Shown here one piece after another: positions 21,501 to 30,370 of a stretch of DNA of 64,000 nucleotides (positions are counted from its first letter, which is position 1; every line of letters begins with the position of its first letter). Source of the stretch: Casimicrobiaceae bacterium (GTDB lineage Bacteria > Pseudomonadota > Gammaproteobacteria > Burkholderiales > Casimicrobiaceae); contig DASPTZ010000093.1 of NCBI GenBank assembly GCA_035623155.1, forward strand, positions 3,367 through 67,366, read 5' to 3'. The position numbers were made by a program, and so were the translations under genes. The notes beneath the pieces were generated by a model. It was not told the origin of the DNA, made no database searches, and saw nothing but the letters and a program-made list of their open reading frames with translations.

Positions 21501-22091
21501 GGCCAGGCGTTTCGCCAGGCGCGCTCCCGCGTGCTGTACTTTGCCGGCTACCGTAGGATGCTCGACCGCTACAAGGTCGCCGACATCGAGGCTGCTGCCG
21601 ATATCATCGTCTGGTGCAGCGACGAGGCCCCCGGGTTCGTTCCCGGCCGTGCGCAGGACAAGAGCTTCGTCGGCGACATCGTTCAGGCAATGCTCGCCTA
21701 TGCGGAGGGGAAGCTCGGTGAGCAGCCGATTCGCTTCGCCGATGCCGACCGTCTGATCGCCATCGGTTCAGACCGCATGATGGCGGCCGTGGCCGCGGCG
21801 AAGAATGGGTCTCTCGCGGCGCATCTCAAGCCGGAATGCCGGACCATCGCGTCGATCAACTCGCCCATGCAGTGCATGATGAAGGAAATCTGCGCGCAGT
21901 GCCTGCAGCTGCAGCGCGATCCGGTCAGCGGCAAGGTCTCCTTCGTGTTTTCCTGCTTCAACCAGGACCAGCCCATGGACCAGGTCGACTTCACGGCGCT
22001 CGCGGCGCGGCTGGATCAGAACAGCGTGCAGGAGAAGCTGACCGCGCAATGGATCGACCACTGCCTGCGTCGCGTCAGCGCTGAGCCGTGA
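18570..22091 (+). CDS. Large multi-domain Fe-S flavoprotein oxidoreductase (unknown N-domain + Cys clusters + GltD-like FAD/NAD(P) module + PyrK-like reductase with C-terminal [2Fe-2S]-type motif)
   Basis: 1173 aa. 'CIWCHEQQKDSC' and 'CNDCMKACIYQ' Cys clusters. 'VLVVGMGPAGFTLAHHL' and 'VVVVGGGLTAIDTA' dinucleotide folds. 'FAPGQFYRL', 'ILAGGGLGNAVL' and 'CMMKEICAQC...FSCFNQDQP' resemble the PyrK end. Confidence 0.75.
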   Translation: MLMLNPQSGLSFADLYSVTGLARIDAAFKAHLADADRELCARFDAARAEPTSLDRLGESELLVALAPHLEDFLARLFAIESQVAALQAAQHELAPLFACKRQVVQRKALNRYKADVAAGFDGAALRAQLEAKLGVPLQGIPGELAFARRVGEWGRDEEVHAAEIDLALRYAAWATQTSEGKALHKSGVLFKAPRKLDFLRLIPVEHERRHGLDMWRLPATHLRRREGFALTDAGTDLAGGLDQAHYCIWCHEQQKDSCSSGMREKKPADGSAAPFKKSPFGEPLTGCPLEEKISEFNKLRADGLALGALAMICVDNPLVAATGHRICNDCMKACIYQKQDPVDIPQSETRVLKDVLELPWGFEIYSLLTRWNPLNLRRPLPLAPTGKRVLVVGMGPAGFTLAHHLLNDGHTVVGVDGLKIEPLAPSLSGVTAGGERVAFAPVRDIAVLRESLDDRVMAGFGGVAEYGITVRWDKNFLKLIRLLLERRERFALFGGVRFGGTLDVSGAFALGFDHIALCAGAGKPTVLDLPNGLANGVRTASDFLMALQLTGAAKRDSLANMQLRLPVVVVGGGLTAIDTATESLAYYPVQVEKFLSRHEKLQSEGDGRAVEEAWTPDEREIALEYLAHARAIRAEREAAQREGRAAHIFELLDAWGGATIAYRRRLIDSPSYTLNHEEVEKALQEGIRFAEGLTPVAVETDASGRASALLASVQHNDGDGVWHETGHARLPARTILIAAGTQPNTIAAREDPLHFKLDGRYFRALDEVGQPVRPEKGLAKPQTVHVLTALEPDGRAVSFFGDLHPSFSGNVVKAMASATLGYRVVSRMLGRVGASSPLSDEAFLAALDDQLRPRVERIERLTPTIIEVVVRAPAAARRFAPGQFYRLQNFETLSAKLNGTRLAMEGLALTGAWVDRERGLVSTIVLEMGGSSNLCARLKPGEPVVLMGPTGTPSEIGARETVILAGGGLGNAVLFSIGQAFRQARSRVLYFAGYRRMLDRYKVADIEAAADIIVWCSDEAPGFVPGRAQDKSFVGDIVQAMLAYAEGKLGEQPIRFADADRLIAIGSDRMMAAVAAAKNGSLAAHLKPECRTIASINSPMQCMMKEICAQCLQLQRDPVSGKVSFVFSCFNQDQPMDQVDFTALAARLDQNSVQEKLTAQWIDHCLRRVSAEP

Positions 22092-22217
22092 GACCGCCGA
22101 GGGCGACCTTGTAAGATTTACTCGCCTGCAAGATCCGGTTACAAAATAAGTCGCAGGAACCGCGAACCTCCTCCGGGCAGCGCAGTCGCAACGGGGTCAT
22201 CGCTTGTTGCGCGCTGA

Positions 22218-23264
22218 ATGCCGACACTCGATTGGACGGTCGCCGGAGAGAACGCCGCCGGGCACGCTAGGCCGGATGTCGTCCATCTGATCAATCCGCT
22301 GTGGGACAGCAACGGCGGCGGCGACTGGCGCACCTACGAGATGTACCGGATGCTCGGGCGTCATTGCCCGGTGCACATTTGGAGTGGTTTCTCGCCCGCA
22401 ACGGATTTTGCAAAACGCTGCCCGGTGCGCTTGATAAGGCCCTGGCTCGGTAGATTCCCGATCGGCGGCACCTTCATTTTCGTCGGCGCCTATTTCCGGA
22501 TGGGGCATTGGTTCAAGGCGTCGTTCCCCCGACGGATCATCCTCATCTACAACACATTCCAGCCTGATCGCCTCGAAAAAGCGATCAGGCGGCTCGGAGC
22601 TTGGCATCGCGCTCCAGTCGAGCTCGTCTATACGTCTCCTTTGCTGCGAAAGCTGTCGTCGTACCCCGGGCGAGTCATCGAAAGCCCGATAGACATCGCG
22701 CGCTTCGTGCCGCGCTCCGCTGCCCCACGAGACGCCGCGCGGTTTCGCGTCGGTCGGCTCTCGCGAGACATCACCACCAAGCATCACGAGCGAGACCGTG
22801 AAGTCTATTCGGCGCTTGCTGCTGCCGGTGTCGAGGTACGGATCATGGGCGGCACCTGCTTGCGCGATCGAGTCGGCGGATCAGCCGCGCCGGCATTGTT
22901 GGCGGCGGGCGCCGAGCCCGCTGTCGACTTCCTTCAGGACCTCGATTGCTTCTACTACCGGACCAGCGACCAGTGGCTGGAGGCCTACGGCCGAGTCGTC
23001 TTCGAGGCGATGGCGTGTGGTTTGCCGGTCGTATGCGGGCGGCGTGGCGGCTACGCGGACTACATCGTTCACGGCGTTAACGGGTTTCTCTTCGACAGCA
23101 CCGAGCAAGCCGTCTCGCTGATCCTGAGGCTGCGAGATGATCCCGCGCTCCGCCTGCGCGTCGGTCGTGCTGCGCGCCTGACGGTCGAGAGCATGTACCG
23201 CGGCAGCGCATGGCAGCAGAAGCAGACCTTCTTCCTTTCTTTCCCCGAGCCGCAACGAGCGTAG
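22218..23264 (+). CDS. Glycosyltransferase, GT-B fold (family 1/4-like)
   Basis: C-terminal 'EAYGRVVFEAMACGLPVVCGRRGGYADYIVHGVNGFLF' (E-x7-E region). Confidence 0.75.
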   Translation: MPTLDWTVAGENAAGHARPDVVHLINPLWDSNGGGDWRTYEMYRMLGRHCPVHIWSGFSPATDFAKRCPVRLIRPWLGRFPIGGTFIFVGAYFRMGHWFKASFPRRIILIYNTFQPDRLEKAIRRLGAWHRAPVELVYTSPLLRKLSSYPGRVIESPIDIARFVPRSAAPRDAARFRVGRLSRDITTKHHERDREVYSALAAAGVEVRIMGGTCLRDRVGGSAAPALLAAGAEPAVDFLQDLDCFYYRTSDQWLEAYGRVVFEAMACGLPVVCGRRGGYADYIVHGVNGFLFDSTEQAVSLILRLRDDPALRLRVGRAARLTVESMYRGSAWQQKQTFFLSFPEPQRA

Positions 23265-23546
23265 CCGGCCCGACACTTGGGCGCTGGCAAGGGGTTCTCG
23301 AAGTGTTCGCACCGGTAGCGCTGCGTCGGGTCCGTTGACGCATCTCCAGGCAGCCTCAAGTTTGCCGGCGAGGTATGCCGCCAGGCACGCTTTCTGCTGC
23401 TTTGCTGCACGACCGAGCATTAAGTCGTAATGGCAGCGTCGGGCGGCAAGAGTTACCGCGACGACTGTAAATCTTGCGCCGGGACCGCTGGTAGTTTTCC
23501 CGCCGTTGGATTCGGTGGCTGCTCGGCAACGGGGCAAGGAGAAGCT

Positions 23547-24029
23547 ATGTCACCGATTATTGCCGGACATTTCGCTTTGGAACGAGACGCTCAGCGCGCG
23601 GTGGAGGGGCTCAGGCGTCAAGGCTTCGCCCAGGATGACGTTACGTGCATCGCGGTCAACCCGCTCGCTCAGAGCGCGAGAGATTCGCCGCGCAGCGAGT
23701 GCGATCCTGCGAGCGTGGAGTCGGGCGAATTCGGGCAATCAGTTGGCACCTTGGCGAGGCGTAGTGCGGCGGGCGAGGCAACTGTCTGCGTACTGCATTC
23801 CAGGCCGCGGCGCCGGGCGGGAACGCTGGTTGCCGTGCGCGCGGCCGAGTACGCGAAACGTCTGATCGCGGTCAACGTTCTTCAGGCGTACGGCGCACGC
23901 GACGTCGAGCGGGCGGACGGCACATGGATCGCGGGCCGGTGGATCGATTTCGACCCGTCTATCCCACCGCGGCTGGTGGATCCGCCAGTGGCGTGTGAGC
24001 AGTGGATATCGCGGAGGGAGCCAAGATAA
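23547..24029 (+). CDS. Hypothetical protein (two short general-stress-like repeats)
   Basis: ATG 23547 is preceded by 'aaggagaagct'. High GC3. No family recognised with confidence. Confidence 0.45.
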   Translation: MSPIIAGHFALERDAQRAVEGLRRQGFAQDDVTCIAVNPLAQSARDSPRSECDPASVESGEFGQSVGTLARRSAAGEATVCVLHSRPRRRAGTLVAVRAAEYAKRLIAVNVLQAYGARDVERADGTWIAGRWIDFDPSIPPRLVDPPVACEQWISRREPR

Positions 24030-24079
24030 GCGCGCCCCCCAGGCGCGATGCCGCAGCAGCATCCAACGAGGAGACTGCC

Positions 24080-24307
24080 ATGAACGTTGTCCTGAGCGTG
24101 GGACCGCTGATCTCGATGATTGCGGGCATCCTCATCTTGATCATGCCCAGGCTCCTTAATTACATCGTCGCGCTCTATCTGATAATCATCGGCGGGCTGG
24201 GCCTACTGGGTCACGCCAATACCCGCGTGGCGACGGAGCCGCCTGCGGCCGCCGCGAAGGCTTCTCCTCCGGTCTGGGCTGGCCCGCCCGGTTCCGGCCG
24301 CACGTAG
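24080..24307 (+). CDS. Small membrane protein, DUF3096-like
   Basis: ATG 24080 after 'gaggagact'. Two TM segments 'GPLISMIAGILILIMPRLLNYIVALYLIIIGGLGLLG', then a Pro/Ala-rich tail. Confidence 0.5.
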   Translation: MNVVLSVGPLISMIAGILILIMPRLLNYIVALYLIIIGGLGLLGHANTRVATEPPAAAAKASPPVWAGPPGSGRT

Positions 24308-24534
24308 ATAATTCCGCGAAGACCGGCCTAGCGTCCCTTCGGGCTCGCCCTGGTCCTCGGCATGACCCGCGGAACCGACGGGGCCACCGGACGTTTCACT
24401 TGAGGGAACTGTCCGGGCTGGCCGCCCTTGGGGTTCTTGCCCTGGAATCCGGTTTTGCCTTTGCCCATGGTAGCCTTCGTAGAGTGGTCGTCTCGTCAAT
24501 CGTACTCGTCCCGCGGCATCGCGCAAGGGCGGCC

Positions 24535-26058
24535 TCACGCTTCGGCAGTAAGCAGCGAAACGCCGAGCCGTGCGCGGCGCTGGAGCCAGATGCTCGGGCG
24601 ATAGCGCGGATCGCCATAGGCGCGGTGCAACTCCTGCAGGATCTGCAGTACCCGCAGCGGACCCAGTGCGTCGCCCCAGGCGAGCGGCCCCTGCGGGTAG
24701 CCAAGCCCGAGCCTTACCGCGAGGTCGATGTCGGCCGGGCTCGCGATGCGCTGCTGCGCGATGTCGCAGGCAACGTTGACGATGTGCGCTATCACGCGCT
24801 GCACGACGAAACCGGGGCTGTCGTGAATCACGTCGACGCCGGGCTCGTCGGCGGCGAACAGCGCTCGCGCCTCCTCGCGCCGAACCGGATCGGTCAGCGG
24901 CGTGGTCATCAGCGTTCGGTGATGGGCGAGGTCGGGCAGCGTGTCGAGGGCGATGGTGCGCGTCGGATCGAGTTCTTCTTCGAGCGCGGCGGTCGTCGCA
25001 TCGCAGCCCAGCGGCAGAACGAGGCACAACGCGTCGGGATGCGGTGTCGCGCCAGCGTCGAGCTTCGCGCCGAGCACCCTCAGGCGCTCACCGACACGGG
25101 CTTGCGCCTCGGCGCGTCGCCCGCTGATCCATACGAGCGATGCGGGGCGCGCCTGCGGCGCAGGCGCTTTCGGCGCCGGTTGCGCTCCCGCAGGGTAGTC
25201 GTAGAACCCGCGTCCCGACTTGCGCCCGAGAACACCGGCGGCGAGGCGCTGCGCGGTAAGAGGCGATGGGCGAAAGCGCGGCTCCTCGTAGAACTGGTGG
25301 TAGATCGATTCCATCGCCGGATGCGACACATCGAGCCCGGTCAAATCGAACAGCTCGAACGGCCCCATACGAAATCCGGCTGCAAGCTTCAGGATGCGAT
25401 CGATGGTCGCATAATCGGCGATGCCTTCTCCGGCGATGCGTAGCGCCTCGGTGCCGTAGCCGCGTCCGGCGTGATTGACGATGAACCCCGGCGTGTCCTT
25501 GGCCTGCACGGGCGTGTGGCCCAGCGCGGCAGCGAACTCGAGCAGACGCGGCACGATGTCGGGCGCGATCTTGAGTCCGGCGATGACCTCGACGACCTTC
25601 ATCAGCGGCACCGGGCTGAAAAAGTGCAAGCCTGCGACGCGCGCCGGATTGGCGCAGGCGCTTGCGATCGCGGTCACCGACAGCGAGGAAGTGTTAGTCG
25701 CCAGAATGCAGTCATCGCCCACGATGGGCTCGAGCGATGCAAGAAGCGTCTGCTTGGCGTCCAGCCGCTCGACGATGGCCTCGATGACCAGGCTGCATCC
25801 GGCGAGATCGGCGAACGCGTCGGGCAGCACGATGCGGGCGACCGCGTCCTCTGCACTCGCCTGAGCGATCTTGCCCTTCGCCGCCAGCGAGGAGAGCGTG
25901 TCGGCGATCGAGCGCTTGGCGTCGGCGGCGGCGCCGGGCTTGGCGTCGAGCAGGCGCACTTCGAACCCCGCTTGCGCAGTGATTTGGGCGATTCCGCGTC
26001 CCATCAATCCGGCGCCGACGATGCCGACCACGCGAGTGCGGGAAGATGCCTGCATCAA
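24535..26058 (-). CDS. 3-hydroxyacyl-CoA dehydrogenase (long form with duplicated C-terminal domain)
   Basis: 'VGIVGAGLMGRGIAQ' Rossmann motif. 'ATNTSSLSV' and 'HFFSPVPLMKVVE' HCDH motifs. 507 aa. Confidence 0.85.
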   Translation of the reverse strand: MMQASSRTRVVGIVGAGLMGRGIAQITAQAGFEVRLLDAKPGAAADAKRSIADTLSSLAAKGKIAQASAEDAVARIVLPDAFADLAGCSLVIEAIVERLDAKQTLLASLEPIVGDDCILATNTSSLSVTAIASACANPARVAGLHFFSPVPLMKVVEVIAGLKIAPDIVPRLLEFAAALGHTPVQAKDTPGFIVNHAGRGYGTEALRIAGEGIADYATIDRILKLAAGFRMGPFELFDLTGLDVSHPAMESIYHQFYEEPRFRPSPLTAQRLAAGVLGRKSGRGFYDYPAGAQPAPKAPAPQARPASLVWISGRRAEAQARVGERLRVLGAKLDAGATPHPDALCLVLPLGCDATTAALEEELDPTRTIALDTLPDLAHHRTLMTTPLTDPVRREEARALFAADEPGVDVIHDSPGFVVQRVIAHIVNVACDIAQQRIASPADIDLAVRLGLGYPQGPLAWGDALGPLRVLQILQELHRAYGDPRYRPSIWLQRRARLGVSLLTAEA

Positions 26059-26133
26059 ACGCCTTTGTGCAAGAAGAGGAGAGCGGCGGTATTATGTTCG
26101 AAAGCGCCGAACCGCGCGAGGAAGACTGCTGGC

Positions 26134-27333
26134 ATGGCGCACGGCCGGCCGAGCAAGTCACTTGCACAATTCACCAGCATGATTCGCGACGCCGACACGC
26201 TTGCGCTGCTGACCGAGAGCATCGGCCGCTTCGTGCGCGAGCGGCTGATTCCCAACGAAGCGCTGGTCGCCGAGACCGATGTTGTCCCGGAGCCGATCAT
26301 AGCCGAGATGAAGAAGCTCGGACTGTTCGGCCTGTCGATTCCCGAGGCTTACGGCGGCCTGGGCCTCACCATGGAAGAGGAAGTCGAGGTTGCCTTTGTA
26401 CTGGGAGGAACCTCACCCGCGTTCCGCTCGCTCATCGGCACCAACAACGGCATCGGCTCGCAGGGCATTATTCTCGACGGCACGGATGAGCAGAAGGCGC
26501 GGTATCTGCCAAGACTCGCGTCGGGCGAGCTCGTCGCGGCGTTCGCGCTGACCGAGCCCGGTTCCGGCTCCGACGCTGCGGCGCTGTCGACGACCGCGGT
26601 GCGCAGCGACGGGTACTATGTGCTCAACGGCACCAAGCGCTACATCACCAACGCTCCGGAGGCCGGGATCTTCACGGTGATGGCGCGCACGGATCCTGCC
26701 GACAAGAGCGCCCACGGCATCTCGGCGTTCATCGTCGAGCGCAGCACGCCGGGCCTGTCGCTGGGCAAGTTGGACCGCAAGATGGGGCAGCGCGGGGCGC
26801 ACACCTGCGACGTGATTTTCGAGGACTGCCGCGTGCCCGCGACTCAGCTCATAGGTGGCCGCGAAGGCGTGGGCTTCAGGACCGCGATGAAAGTGCTCGA
26901 CAAGGGTCGGCTTCACATCGCCGCGGTGTGCGTCGGTGTGTCCGAGCGCATGCTCTCCGACGCCCTTCGCTATTCGCTGGAGCGCAAGCAGTTCGGGCAG
27001 GCGATCGCCGAGTTTCAGCTGGTGCAGGCGATGCTCGCCGACAGCAAGACCGAGATCTACGCCGCGCGCTCGATGGTGCTGGACGCGGCGCGCCGCCGCG
27101 ACGAAGGACGCGACGTGGCGACCGAGGCCGCGTGCGCCAAGCTCTTCGCGTCGGAAATGTGCGGCCGTGTCGCTGATCGCGCGGTGCAGATCCACGGCGG
27201 CGCCGGCTACGTCAGCGACTACGCGATCGAGCGCTTCTACCGCGACGTGCGATTGTTCCGCATCTACGAAGGCACCAGCCAGATCCAGCAGCTCGTGATC
27301 GCGCGCAGCATGATCCGCGCGGCGAAGGCGTGA
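26134..27333 (+). CDS. Acyl-CoA dehydrogenase
   Basis: ATG 26134 with GAGGAAG 9 nt upstream; alternative ATG at 26179. '[15 protein letters not shown]', 'GTKRYITNA' and '[34 protein letters not shown]'. Confidence 0.85.
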   Translation: MAHGRPSKSLAQFTSMIRDADTLALLTESIGRFVRERLIPNEALVAETDVVPEPIIAEMKKLGLFGLSIPEAYGGLGLTMEEEVEVAFVLGGTSPAFRSLIGTNNGIGSQGIILDGTDEQKARYLPRLASGELVAAFALTEPGSGSDAAALSTTAVRSDGYYVLNGTKRYITNAPEAGIFTVMARTDPADKSAHGISAFIVERSTPGLSLGKLDRKMGQRGAHTCDVIFEDCRVPATQLIGGREGVGFRTAMKVLDKGRLHIAAVCVGVSERMLSDALRYSLERKQFGQAIAEFQLVQAMLADSKTEIYAARSMVLDAARRRDEGRDVATEAACAKLFASEMCGRVADRAVQIHGGAGYVSDYAIERFYRDVRLFRIYEGTSQIQQLVIARSMIRAAKA

Positions 27334-27396
27334 AGAGGACTTTCCCTCCGGGACGGCGGAGCGCTTCCGGCAGAATTCACGGCGGCGAGACGGCGC

Positions 27397-28071
27397 ATGA
27401 GAGATTTCCCGGGCATCATCCTGACCGCCACGGTCTGGGCCTACTGGCTCGGGGCAGGCGGCATGGTCGTCCGCCTTCGCAGAAAATCACGGAGCTCGGC
27501 GGGGCTGATTCCCGAGCAACCGCTGGAGCGCCTGATGTGGCTTGTCTGGGTGCCGTTGGTCGTCGCCTGGAACGTCTTGCCGTATCTCGCGGTGGTGCGC
27601 CGTGTCCCATCGCTGCGCGTTCCGAATTTCGCTCTGGAAGAGCCCGCCTATGCCGCGCTTCGCGCCGCCGCCGCGCTCGCGGCGACCGTCTGCGTGATCC
27701 TGACGGCCTGGTGCTGGGCGCGCATGGGCAAGAGCTGGAGCATGGCGGTGAGCGAGCGCAACCGCGGCGAGCTTATCACCGACGGGTTGTTCGCGCGGGT
27801 GCGGCACCCGATCTATTCGCTGTCGATGCTGCTCATGGTGTGCTCGGCGGTGGTCGTTCCAACCCCGCCGGTGGTGGCCATTGCGCTCGTTCACATCTGG
27901 CTGATGCGCCTCAAGGCACGCAGCGAGGAGCGGCACCTGCTGAAAGTGCACGGCGACGCATACGCAAGCTACTTACGGCGCACGGGTCGTTTCGTGCCTC
28001 GCTTCGGCGCGACCGGTCCGGAGCCTCGCGCTGGCCCATGCCCACCCGATTCGCCGCGGTGCGGGCACTGA
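27397..28071 (+). CDS. Isoprenylcysteine carboxyl methyltransferase (ICMT)/phospholipid methyltransferase-family membrane protein
   Basis: Polytopic protein. 'ELITDGLFARVRHPIYSLSML' and 'RSEERHLLKVHGDAYASYLRRTGRFVP' form the ICMT/PEMT C-terminal signature. Confidence 0.75.
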   Translation: MRDFPGIILTATVWAYWLGAGGMVVRLRRKSRSSAGLIPEQPLERLMWLVWVPLVVAWNVLPYLAVVRRVPSLRVPNFALEEPAYAALRAAAALAATVCVILTAWCWARMGKSWSMAVSERNRGELITDGLFARVRHPIYSLSMLLMVCSAVVVPTPPVVAIALVHIWLMRLKARSEERHLLKVHGDAYASYLRRTGRFVPRFGATGPEPRAGPCPPDSPRCGH

Positions 28072-29087
28072 TCGGCGCGATCCTCGCCGCCGCCGCGGCG
28101 CTGCTATCGCTCGCATGCCCTGCATCGGACGGCTCAGGCGTCTCGGCACGGCTCGCGGCGCTTCCGCCGATCGACCCCGCGATCGAGGCACGTATTCTGG
28201 CTCTCGAGCCCGGCCGCATCACCGCCGAGGACGTTCGCGATCTCCTGTCGAAGGCGCCCGCGCCGCGGATCATCGGACTGCAGGGCAGCATTCCGCTGGT
28301 CACCATGCGTCCGTTCGCCGAGTTCCTGATCGCCATGGGATATCCGGAGTCGCGGCTGCGCGACCCGGCGGACGGTAGCCTCTCGCAGTCGAGCTTCGTC
28401 GACAGCGAAAAGCTCGCGGGCACGCTGGCGTGGTATTGCGAGCACGAAGGCATGATGCCCATGCTAATCGGCCACAGCCAGGGCGGGATGGCGGTGATCA
28501 AGGTGCTCTACGAGCTCGTCGGCGAGTTCAACGAGAAGATCTCCGTCTTTAATCCGATGACTGATATGTCCGAGCACCGCACAACGATCATCGATCCGCT
28601 CGACGGCAAGGAACGGCCGGTGGTCGGGCTCAAGGTTCCCTACGCCGCCGCGCTCGCCACCGGCAGGCTGCTGCGGATCCTGCTCGGCCAATGGACGATG
28701 GTGAGCCGGCTGCGGGCGATCCCCGACAGCGTCGATGAATTCACCGGCTTCATCATCGAGTGGGACTTGATTGCGCTCGGAGGCGACGAACCCTACCGCG
28801 GCGTCGGAGAAGCCAAGGTTCGCACGGTCAGACTGCCGGCGTCGACCAGCCATATCGGCATGCCGCTGACGAAGGAGCTCGCGTTGAACCCGCTCACCCG
28901 GTCCTGGATCGACAGCTATAGACCGGACGACGCCGCTGCGCCGCCTGTGGACGCCGGCATCGACACGTCCAATATCGTCCACGCCGCGGACATCTGGTAC
29001 AGCGTCAAGAAGCATTGGGCGCTCGAAGCGCAGAAACTCATTCGCGCGCGCCATGAGGGCAGCGTGGCGAAGAGCAGAGGTGAATGA
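28038..29087 (+). CDS. Lipoprotein, alpha/beta-hydrolase-like (GHSQGG), paralog A
   Basis: ATG 28038. Signal peptide plus lipobox 'LLSLAC'. Nucleophile elbow 'LIGHSQGGMA'. Paralogous to 30370-31443. Confidence 0.7.
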   Translation: MPTRFAAVRALIGAILAAAAALLSLACPASDGSGVSARLAALPPIDPAIEARILALEPGRITAEDVRDLLSKAPAPRIIGLQGSIPLVTMRPFAEFLIAMGYPESRLRDPADGSLSQSSFVDSEKLAGTLAWYCEHEGMMPMLIGHSQGGMAVIKVLYELVGEFNEKISVFNPMTDMSEHRTTIIDPLDGKERPVVGLKVPYAAALATGRLLRILLGQWTMVSRLRAIPDSVDEFTGFIIEWDLIALGGDEPYRGVGEAKVRTVRLPASTSHIGMPLTKELALNPLTRSWIDSYRPDDAAAPPVDAGIDTSNIVHAADIWYSVKKHWALEAQKLIRARHEGSVAKSRGE

Positions 29088-30370
29088 GACGGCTCAACCT
29101 GTTCCAGGCGACCATGCTGCGCTGGCGCGAGCTCTATCCCTACAGCGCCGTGCATGCAGTCCGGGTAAGCCAGCCGCTCGACGCGCCGCGCCTCGAGAGC
29201 AGAATCAATCGAGCGCTGGAAAGCTTCGGCTTGACCGGTCTTGCGCTCGATTCCGCTGCTCGCCGCTACGCCTGGCTCGGCGGTGCCGCGGCCGTCAAGC
29301 TCCACGTCCTTGCCGGCGGGCCCGACCCTTCCGCCGCCCGGGACGGTGAGATCGAGCGCCAGCTCAACATCGCATTCGATGCCGACGGGCGCATCGACCC
29401 GTTCCGTTTCTTTGCGATCGATGCCGATACGTCCTTCCATCTTGGCATCGGCTACGATCACTTCGTGGCGGCCGGCGACGCCATTGTGCGGCTCCTGAAG
29501 AACATCATCGACGGGGCCGCCGATGCGCGCCCCGCAGCGGCGCGGCCGAATCCGTATGCCCCGTCCTACGCGCACTTGTTCTGGCGCGAGAAGAGCGCAC
29601 TGCTCGCGGGGCTGGGGAGTCTGCAGAGGCTTGCCGCCGAGTGCCGCCGCGCGGCGCGGCCGCGATATCAGTCGCCCGAGGACGGCTACAACGCGTTCAC
29701 AAGCTTTAAAATCGAGCCGGCCGAGCGCGCCACGCTCGCGCGCGTTGCCGCGACGTGGCAGGTGTCTCTGCACGATCTTCTCCTGGCAATCTCGCTGGCA
29801 GCGTTCTCGACGCTTGCGCCGGAGCGGCGCAGCGCGCCGCGCCGCCGCGACATCGCGCTTGCGTCGATCGTGAACATTCGTGGCCAGATGGGGCGCGAAG
29901 CCGCGGACACGGTAGGCCCGTGCCTCGCGTCGTTTCGCGTGGGGCACAGCGTTCCGTCCGACATCAGCCTGCGCGAGCTGACGGCCGCCGTGCACGCGCA
30001 GACCGATCGCATCATGCGGCGCAAGCTCCACCTGCAGACGCTTCTGGCCATGGCCGTTGCGGGCTTGGAGTGGCGCTTCCTGTCGAGGGAACAGCGGCTG
30101 TGCTTCTACGCCAAGCACTACCCCGTTTGGGCAGGAATCACGTCGCTGAACATCAGCTCCCTGTGGGGCGGGCAGGGCGAGGCGGCGACGCCTCCGCAGT
30201 ACGTGCGCGCTGGATCGACCGGTCCTCTTGCGCCGATGACCATCGCCCTGACGACTTCCGGCGAGACGATCGAAGCAGGGCTCTCGTTTCGGACGACGGT
30301 GTACAGCCGCGACGTTGCGCAAAGGATTGCTGCTGGTATGCTTGCCTCGATCCGGTGTCTCGAACATTGA
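29084..30370 (+). CDS. Stand-alone condensation-domain-like acyltransferase (NRPS C / PapA5 / WS-DGAT superfamily)
   Basis: ATGA overlap with the upstream stop. 428 aa. 'HLGIGYDHFVAAGDA' is a variant of the HHxxxDG motif at the expected position, about 135 aa from the N-terminus. Confidence 0.6.
   Translation: MRRLNLFQATMLRWRELYPYSAVHAVRVSQPLDAPRLESRINRALESFGLTGLALDSAARRYAWLGGAAAVKLHVLAGGPDPSAARDGEIERQLNIAFDADGRIDPFRFFAIDADTSFHLGIGYDHFVAAGDAIVRLLKNIIDGAADARPAAARPNPYAPSYAHLFWREKSALLAGLGSLQRLAAECRRAARPRYQSPEDGYNAFTSFKIEPAERATLARVAATWQVSLHDLLLAISLAAFSTLAPERRSAPRRRDIALASIVNIRGQMGREAADTVGPCLASFRVGHSVPSDISLRELTAAVHAQTDRIMRRKLHLQTLLAMAVAGLEWRFLSREQRLCFYAKHYPVWAGITSLNISSLWGGQGEAATPPQYVRAGSTGPLAPMTIALTTSGETIEAGLSFRTTVYSRDVAQRIAAGMLASIRCLEH

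Noticed and set aside
23383-23398. Sigma54-like element AGGCACGCTTTCTGCT (GG-N10-GC) about 150 nt upstream of hypothetical gene 23547-24029.
   Set aside because: There is one mismatch in the -12 box, no nearby bacterial enhancer-binding protein, and the downstream gene is unassigned. It cannot be supported from sequence alone.
24328-24468. 46-codon minus-strand ORF (MGKGKTGFQGKNPKGGQPGQFPQVKRPVAPSVPRVMPRTRASPKGR) with a GAAGG upstream, in the gap between the DUF3096 and HADH genes.
   Set aside because: It is below the track threshold, has low-complexity composition, and matches no recognisable family. It could be a small basic protein, but the evidence is insufficient.
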